Part shown: piece after piece, positions 57,925 through 64,000 of the stretch
Layout of the letters: every line of letters starts with the position of its first letter
Numbering within the stretch: the stretch's first letter is position 1
Assembly (NCBI GenBank): GCA_030432635.1
Contig: JAUIMB010000011.1
Location: 54,124 to 118,123 of the forward strand
DNA length: 64,000 bases
Direction of reading: 5' to 3'
Source: Bacteroidia bacterium
Lineage (GTDB): Bacteria > Bacteroidota > Bacteroidia > Flavobacteriales > Flavobacteriaceae
Program-made: the position numbers and the translations under genes
The notes under the pieces: model-generated
Seen by the model: the letters and a program-made list of their open reading frames with translations, nothing else
The model's database searches: none
Told to the model about the DNA's origin: nothing

Positions 57925-59364
57925 TTATTCCTTATTGAGGATATGGATCAATTCTTTTTTATCCCTAATTTCCAATAAGCCATTGTACAAGGCTTTGACT
58001 ATTTGACTCTGATGTTCTTTATCATTCAATCGACTTTTATCTCCAACATTGGAAAGGAATCCTAATTCCATCAAAACACCTGGACACTCAATATGCTTCA
58101 ACATATAAAAATTCGCGGTTTTCATTTTGGCTTCACTTACAACCTGTCGTTCTAATTGTTCATTAATCAATAGCCATCCATAGCCCAAAGAGGCCTTTTC
58201 ATTCTGGTTTTCATTAGATACGTAGGCTTCGACACCATGTATACTCACATCTTCAGTAGTGTTGCAATGTAAACTTAGCATCAAGTCTGCCTGTTGTGCA
58301 TTTACTAACTTCACGCGATCTTTTAGAGACATAAACGCATCGTCAGTTCTAAGTGTGATAATCTTGATTTTGTCATCGCTTAATTGTGATAGTTGGTTGG
58401 ATATTGATAATACAATATCCTTTTCATTAAGATGGCCTGGATCCTTTCCTCCATGTGCAGCGTCTACTACAACGATTAAAGGTTCTTTGATGTCTTTGAA
58501 CGAACTGAACATAAATATTCCAAAGAATAAGACCAATGCTAGAAGTACCTTTAAAATTCGTGATTGTACAGATGATTTTGTTTGATGTAACATAGTAATT
58601 CGATTTTTGATTTGAATGAAATTGAAACCGCTAGTTAGAGGAACGCGGTGTTCCTTGTGACTATGGTTGATAATAATTTGAGAATAATTATCAATATTAA
58701 CTCCTGAATCCACAGTGCACGAATCGGCAATGAATTCATGGTTTTGAAGCATTGCCTTTTTATAAAACCAAATGAAAGGGTTGAACCAAAACACACATAT
58801 CAATAGTTCGACCAAGAGTACATCAAGCGTATGATATTGACGACTGTGAACGGATTCGTGTTGAAGAATCGGATCAGAATTTTTAACCTCTATAATATGT
58901 TCAGCATTGACAAAGACATAATTAAAAAAACTTGAAGCTTGTTCGGCATTGTTGTCATTGATGATTTTCAATTGGCCTAACTTGGCATGATCTTGCCTAG
59001 TGCGCTTCATAATATCAAATAAATTCTTGATAAATCGAATGAGTAAAACCAAAGTAATCATAAGATACGCATACCATAATATTCGAAGTATGGTGTGTAG
59101 TGATGTATGATTGTTAGAAACCATTATACCATCTACAGCTTCATGATGTACCGTCTCAATTCCTGATGGCTCGAAAGAAATTTGCGTAATACTTGGCATG
59201 GTTTCAAACCATTCAAATTGTAAAATTGGTGCGAGTAAACTAAGAAACAATGTACCCAACAAAAAGAATCGGTTAAATTGAAATGTCTTCTGTTGTTTCA
59301 AAAGGAAACGATATACGAGATAGGAACTTCCCAAACTCGTCATTGTATAAAAAATATAATCCAT
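57925..59364 (-). CDS. BlaR1-like M56 peptidase fused to an N-acetylmuramoyl-L-alanine amidase (Amidase_3) domain
   Basis: HESVH (HExxH), FWFNP and HEFIAD; after a TM come VVDAAHGGKDPG, EKDI, SLHCN and MELGFLSN. Confidence 0.88.
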   Translation of the reverse strand: MDYIFYTMTSLGSSYLVYRFLLKQQKTFQFNRFFLLGTLFLSLLAPILQFEWFETMPSITQISFEPSGIETVHHEAVDGIMVSNNHTSLHTILRILWYAYLMITLVLLIRFIKNLFDIMKRTRQDHAKLGQLKIINDNNAEQASSFFNYVFVNAEHIIEVKNSDPILQHESVHSRQYHTLDVLLVELLICVFWFNPFIWFYKKAMLQNHEFIADSCTVDSGVNIDNYSQIIINHSHKEHRVPLTSGFNFIQIKNRITMLHQTKSSVQSRILKVLLALVLFFGIFMFSSFKDIKEPLIVVVDAAHGGKDPGHLNEKDIVLSISNQLSQLSDDKIKIITLRTDDAFMSLKDRVKLVNAQQADLMLSLHCNTTEDVSIHGVEAYVSNENQNEKASLGYGWLLINEQLERQVVSEAKMKTANFYMLKHIECPGVLMELGFLSNVGDKSRLNDKEHQSQIVKALYNGLLEIRDKKELIHILNKE

Positions 59365-59747
59365 TACTTAGATTTCTTTTGATTCATCTTTTCCTGAAGC
59401 AGCTCTTGTAATTCCCGCAATTCTTCCATACTTAAATCGGCATTTTTTGTAAAAAAAGAGGCAAATTGTGATTTGGAATCATTAAAAAAATGCTGAATCA
59501 TACCATTAACTTGCGTTTTGAAATAATCATTCTTTTTCAAAACTGGAAAGTACTGCTTATCACGACCCAAACGCTCAAATCCGATATAATCCTTATCGCA
59601 CATACGTTTTAATAGTGTTGAAATGGTCGTATATGCTGGTCTCGGCTCTGGGAACTGCTCTACAATATCTTTCATAAATCCTTTTTTAAGAATCCATAGA
59701 TATTTCATGATCTGCAACTCTGACTTATTTAATTGTTTTATATCCAC
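59364..59747 (-). CDS. BlaI/MecI/CopY-family repressor (GTG start)
   Basis: ELQIMKYLW, PAYTTISTLLKRM and ASFFTK...LS.EEL motifs. Confidence 0.92.
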   Translation of the reverse strand: MDIKQLNKSELQIMKYLWILKKGFMKDIVEQFPEPRPAYTTISTLLKRMCDKDYIGFERLGRDKQYFPVLKKNDYFKTQVNGMIQHFFNDSKSQFASFFTKNADLSMEELRELQELLQEKMNQKKSK

Positions 59748-59761
59748 AAATATAGTTTTAC

Positions 59762-59777
59762 TACTACAAATGTAGTA
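59762..59777. promoter_or_regulatory. BlaI-type operator palindrome TACTACA-AA-TGTAGTA
   Basis: Perfect 7-2-7 palindrome containing TACA-NN-TGTA, 15 nt upstream of the blaI-like start. Confidence 0.8.
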
Positions 59778-59852
59778 ATAAAATCGAATTAAGCAAATCT
59801 TTGGGTGGATTTCATCTTAAAACTTTTTTATCTTTATCCTAAATCATCACTT

Positions 59853-61115
59853 ATGAAAGCAACTATCTCTCTTCTATTTGTTCTTTGCTCTTCAGTTCTA
59901 CTTGCTCAAAACCAAGTCAACACCGAAGTGTTTTTATTTGATTTAGAAGTCAACAGTTCTAGCATTGAACTCAGCAACCCAAAAAACCTATCAAATAATG
60001 AAGGCTACGACAATCAACCGTCGTTTCTTAATGATCGGTATATCATTTTTGCTTCCAATAGAAACAATCAAACCGATATTGCTAAATACGATATGCGTTA
60101 CGATTCAAAATCGTGGTTAAATTTTACTGAAGGTGGTGAATATACACCACTTAAAATCCCAAATAAAAATGAAATTTCTGCAGTGCGATTAGATCCTGAT
60201 GGCAAACAGCGCTTATATGCCTACAATATGAGCAACGGTGAATCTAGAGAATTAATCAAGGACTTGGTGGTTGCCTATTATACTTGGGCAGATGACCATA
60301 CCATCGTATCAGCTGTTATTGAAGGTGATGATCTTAACCTTTATGCTTCGGATCTTCAATCGGGAACAAACCGAAAATATGCGACCAAAGTGGGACGATC
60401 ATTCCACAACATTCCAAATTCTAATCTCGTCAGTTATATTTCCAAAGCCACTGATACATGGCAAATCAAATCACTAAATCCTTCAACTGGAGATACCAAA
60501 GTCATTGCAAACACCATGGAAGATGTTGAGGATATTTGCTGGCTGGATAGCAAAACCATTCTTTCCGGAAAAGACAATAGTCTATACAAATTAACCCTCA
60601 ACAAAGACAACAACTGGAAGGTTGTTACCAACTTGGGAACCCAAGGAATTACAAAAATCACACGTTTAGCAACAAATCCTGAAGCTACCCAATTGTTAAT
60701 CGCAGGCGATGTAGATGCTTCAGAAGTCACTGACACCTCAGAGGATACAAATTCTGAAGACAACAATACACAAAACACTACCGAAACTACTGACGTTGAA
60801 GCCGTCATTCAAAGAAACCTTGAAGCTTACAACGCTCAAAATCTTGAAGCATTTATGGCCGACTATGCCGAAGATGTAAAATTATATGCATATCCAAACA
60901 CCTTACAAACTGAAGGAAAAGAAGCCATGCGAAAAAGTTATAAGGACTGGTTTGATCGTGTGGAGACCTTAAACGCTACAATCAAAAAACGTATTGTCAT
61001 TGGCAATAAAGTCATTGATGAGGAAATGGTGGAAGCCAACGGACAAACATTTCATGCGGTTGCCATTTATGAAGTTGTAGATGGAAAAATAGCCAAGGTT
61101 ACGTTCATTCAGTAA
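59853..61115 (+). CDS. Secreted TolB-like beta-propeller fused to a C-terminal SnoaL/NTF2-like domain (ORF track start 59805)
   Basis: Signal peptide; NNEGYDNQPSF and DPDGKQRL repeats; acidic linker; AYNAQNLEAFMADYAEDV...GNKVIDEE...AVAIYEVVDGKIAKV. Confidence 0.8.
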   Translation: MKATISLLFVLCSSVLLAQNQVNTEVFLFDLEVNSSSIELSNPKNLSNNEGYDNQPSFLNDRYIIFASNRNNQTDIAKYDMRYDSKSWLNFTEGGEYTPLKIPNKNEISAVRLDPDGKQRLYAYNMSNGESRELIKDLVVAYYTWADDHTIVSAVIEGDDLNLYASDLQSGTNRKYATKVGRSFHNIPNSNLVSYISKATDTWQIKSLNPSTGDTKVIANTMEDVEDICWLDSKTILSGKDNSLYKLTLNKDNNWKVVTNLGTQGITKITRLATNPEATQLLIAGDVDASEVTDTSEDTNSEDNNTQNTTETTDVEAVIQRNLEAYNAQNLEAFMADYAEDVKLYAYPNTLQTEGKEAMRKSYKDWFDRVETLNATIKKRIVIGNKVIDEEMVEANGQTFHAVAIYEVVDGKIAKVTFIQ

Positions 61116-61427
61116 AAAATTATCGGATATCATTTCTTTCGTTTTAGGTACCAGTATTGATTTCATCAATGTAAAAGACTTGCCGTGTGCTTTTTGTTTA
61201 TGGTTATTTCTAAACATGGAAAGTTTGTTTTTTTCACTAACTTTAGCAAAGACATTCCCCAAATATTTTGTCGACACAAAATTAGCTACATATGATTAGT
61301 CCAAATATACTTGGGAACCCTTATATTTTAACTCCTCTGCAGGTCTTTATCTTTTTTTCTGAGGAATGTTCAGCACAACTTGGAATCATATTCGAATAAA
61401 TACTAAAAATCTAAACCACGAAGCAAT

Positions 61428-63977
61428 TTGGAGTTGAAGGAAACCATCAAAAAACTTAAACTGGAGCTCGAACAAAAAAACCGAGAGCTAGAAATTGAAG
61501 TTGCTTTAGAACACTTAAGAGCGGCATCAATGAGGATGCAAAAAACTAATGATCTTTCCGATGTTGTGGTCGTTTATTTTGAGCAATTGAAACTACTCAA
61601 CATAGAATTTATTCAATCGTGGATTACAATTTTTCATGTAGAGGAAGGCTACGTAAGTGTATGGTTTTCTCCATTAAGAGGAATCCACAAATCACCAGCT
61701 CATTTTAAAATACCAAGTGCCCTCTTCGAGAATACAAGTATAAAATCATGGAAAGCTGGAGAACCATTTTCTTATATCTCAATGTCTTCAAAAGATCAGG
61801 TCGATCAGTTCATGCAGATTTGCGATGAAATTACAGACACTAATTACTTCATGACAACTCAAAACAAGTTAAAACTTGAACGTTTTGAAATGTTGGACGC
61901 CAATAATAAATATGGTTGTATTAGCAAATCCAATATCATAGAAGCTAGTGAAGAGGAAAAAGCTATTTTACTTCGTTTTTCAAAAGTTTTTGAACAAACC
62001 TATACACGATTTCTAGACCTTCAAAAGGTTGAAAAGCAAGTCAAGGAAGCCCAAATAGAAGCTGCACTCGAAAAGGTTCGAACCGTAGCCTTGAGTCTAA
62101 CAAGTTCTGAAGACATGCTCGACATTGCAAAGGTGCTTTACGAACAGCTATTTGGTTTGGGTTTTACGCACATACGAAACGCCATCATAGATGTTCACGT
62201 TGATGATGATAATTTTATAGATTATGATTATTCGGCAGAACTTAAAGGGACCGTTACCAAAATGAGTTATAGTGATGATCCTTCGCTCGAAGAACAATTC
62301 CGACAGGTCGTAGCTTCAAAAGATGAATTATTTGAACTCATTCTAGAAGGCAATGAATTACAAGGTCTTATTGATATGCGCTTGAAAAACGGTGAAGCCG
62401 AAGATCCACGACTTCTAGAAATTGACCAACTCACCTACTACATGTATTCCTTCGGAAATGGAGCTATTGGTATTTCCAATTTCGGACTTTTATCTTCTGA
62501 AGAAAAAGCGATTCTAAAACGCTTTAGAAATGTATTCACCTTTGCCTATAACCGTTATAGTGAATTGGCACAAAAGGAAGCTCAAGCACGCGAGGTAAGA
62601 CTCGAAGCTGCTCTCGAAAAAGTAAGAAGCACTGCCTTAAGCTTAAAAAAGTCGGATGACATGTTAGAGATTGCCAAGGAGCTGTATGTTCAATTACTCG
62701 GACTTGGTTTTGACAACATTCGCAACGCTATCATTGATATCCATAATGACGAAGATGAAACGTTTTGGGATTATGATTATTCGCATGAGATGTCTGGAAC
62801 TGTGACCTTAATGTCCTATTATGACGACCCAATTATTGAAGAACAGGTTCGGCAAATAGAATCTAGCAACGATGCTTTTTTTGAAATCATTCTAGAAGGA
62901 CAGACTTTACAGGACCTCATCGATGTGCGTCGAAACAATGGTGAAGCAGACGATCCTCGATTACTAAATATCGATCAGCTGAGTTATAATTTGTATTCCT
63001 TCGGAAATGGAGCTATTGGAATTTCAAACTTTGGTGTTTTAAATAATGAAGAAAAAGACATTTTAAAACGGTTTAGAAATGTATTTACTTTCGCCTATCA
63101 ACGGTTTATAGACCTTCAGGAAAAAGAAATACGATCTCAGCAACTCGAAGAGGAAAAACAACGACTTGAAATTACACTGGCCGACCTTCAGGAGACCCAA
63201 CAACAGCTCATACAATCAGAAAAAATGGCATCCCTTGGTGAACTCACTGCTGGTATTGCACACGAAATCCAAAACCCACTGAACTTCGTCAATAACTTTT
63301 CCGAAGTGAGTCAGGAGTTAATAGCTGAAATGCTTGAAGAACTAAACAATGGCGACATGGAAGAAGTTAAAGCTATCATGGATGACGTGATTCAGAATTT
63401 AGAAAAAATAAACCATCATGGTAAGCGTGCCGATGGCATTGTAAAAGGCATGTTACAACATAGTCGTGCTAGTGGCAATAAAAAGGAGCCTACAGATATT
63501 AATGCTTTGGCAGATGAATATTTGCGATTGGCTTACCATGGTTTACGTGCCAAAGACAAATCATTTAACGCTGCACTCGACACACATTTTGACGATAATA
63601 TTAAAACCATAAAAATTGTACCTCAAGATATTGGTCGTGTAGTTTTAAACCTCATCACCAACGCTTTTTATGCCTGTAACGAGAAAAAGAAACTACAAAT
63701 CGATGGTTATGAACCAATGGTTTCGGTAAAAACGGAAAAACATAAGGATCGCATTACCATTTCGGTTAAGGATAACGGTAATGGCATTACTCAAAAGGTA
63801 TTGGATAAAATTTTCCAACCTTTTTTCACTACTAAGCCTACTGGACAAGGCACAGGATTGGGTTTATCATTAAGTTACGACATTATCAAAGCGCATGGTG
63901 GAAGCATTGATGTTAACACCAAAGAAAATGAAGGTACAGAGTTCATTATTTCATTACCAACCAACAACAACCAATGA
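61428..63977 (+). CDS. Cytoplasmic sensor histidine kinase with three tandem GAF-like repeats (TTG start)
   Basis: Repeated E(A)ALE(K/H)(V/L)R units; H-box GIAHEIQNPLNFVNNF, NAFYA, DNGNG, FFTTKPTGQGTGLGL; no TM segment. Confidence 0.9.
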   Translation: MELKETIKKLKLELEQKNRELEIEVALEHLRAASMRMQKTNDLSDVVVVYFEQLKLLNIEFIQSWITIFHVEEGYVSVWFSPLRGIHKSPAHFKIPSALFENTSIKSWKAGEPFSYISMSSKDQVDQFMQICDEITDTNYFMTTQNKLKLERFEMLDANNKYGCISKSNIIEASEEEKAILLRFSKVFEQTYTRFLDLQKVEKQVKEAQIEAALEKVRTVALSLTSSEDMLDIAKVLYEQLFGLGFTHIRNAIIDVHVDDDNFIDYDYSAELKGTVTKMSYSDDPSLEEQFRQVVASKDELFELILEGNELQGLIDMRLKNGEAEDPRLLEIDQLTYYMYSFGNGAIGISNFGLLSSEEKAILKRFRNVFTFAYNRYSELAQKEAQAREVRLEAALEKVRSTALSLKKSDDMLEIAKELYVQLLGLGFDNIRNAIIDIHNDEDETFWDYDYSHEMSGTVTLMSYYDDPIIEEQVRQIESSNDAFFEIILEGQTLQDLIDVRRNNGEADDPRLLNIDQLSYNLYSFGNGAIGISNFGVLNNEEKDILKRFRNVFTFAYQRFIDLQEKEIRSQQLEEEKQRLEITLADLQETQQQLIQSEKMASLGELTAGIAHEIQNPLNFVNNFSEVSQELIAEMLEELNNGDMEEVKAIMDDVIQNLEKINHHGKRADGIVKGMLQHSRASGNKKEPTDINALADEYLRLAYHGLRAKDKSFNAALDTHFDDNIKTIKIVPQDIGRVVLNLITNAFYACNEKKKLQIDGYEPMVSVKTEKHKDRITISVKDNGNGITQKVLDKIFQPFFTTKPTGQGTGLGLSLSYDIIKAHGGSIDVNTKENEGTEFIISLPTNNNQ

Positions 63978-64000
63978 AACTATCCAAAAAACAAGAAATC
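63974..64000 (+). CDS. Start of the next coupled ORF (MKLSKKQEI...), truncated by the window
   Basis: ATGA overlap with the kinase stop codon. Confidence 0.45.

Noticed and set aside
756-60808. Numerous 60-150-aa ORFs antisense to or nested in long genes (e.g. 756-1073, 14758-15063, 16212-16664, 34981-35478, 56469-56807)
   Set aside because: They overlap well-supported genes, have no motifs or start context, and are expected shadow ORFs.
1-64000. rRNA, tRNA, CRISPR arrays, IS transposases, known riboswitches
   Set aside because: None recognised by eye; tRNAscan-SE, Infernal and CRISPR finders would be needed to exclude them formally.

Overview
A 64-kb chromosomal segment from a Flavobacteriaceae-like member of the Bacteroidota. 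This assignment is inferred from TAnnTTTG promoters, T9SS C-terminal domains and gene content. Housekeeping genes include cls (partial), mtaB, rpmE2, a phosphoglucomutase, an MsbA-like exporter, an RsmB-family methyltransferase, purL and a MarR-fadN-thiolase-acyl-CoA dehydrogenase beta-oxidation operon. I recognised no rRNA, tRNA, CRISPR array, transposase or prophage core. Main points of interest: (1) a roughly 10-kb minus-strand module (25.1-34.8 kb) encoding two YHYH lipoproteins, two exported EF-hand proteins, a Sco protein, a MORN-repeat protein, a T9SS-secreted CotH kinase and an ECF sigma/anti-sigma/Spy-like triad, where a shared promoter motif, CAAGTT-N14-CATCTA, occurs four times exactly and once degenerately; (2) a probable ~85-nt sRNA or leader at 18.7-18.8 kb with a C-rich loop, a terminator, a sigma-70-type promoter and a LytTR-type 9-12-9 direct repeat; (3) REP-like palindromes inserted in frame at two places in purL; (4) two fibre-like paralogues that share shaft segments but carry different heads (C1q-like versus S74 chaperone), one of them in an operon with a TPR kinase/LytTR pair; (5) a 1055-aa multi-membrane patatin. 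All functional assignments come from motif recognition only; no database searches were run.
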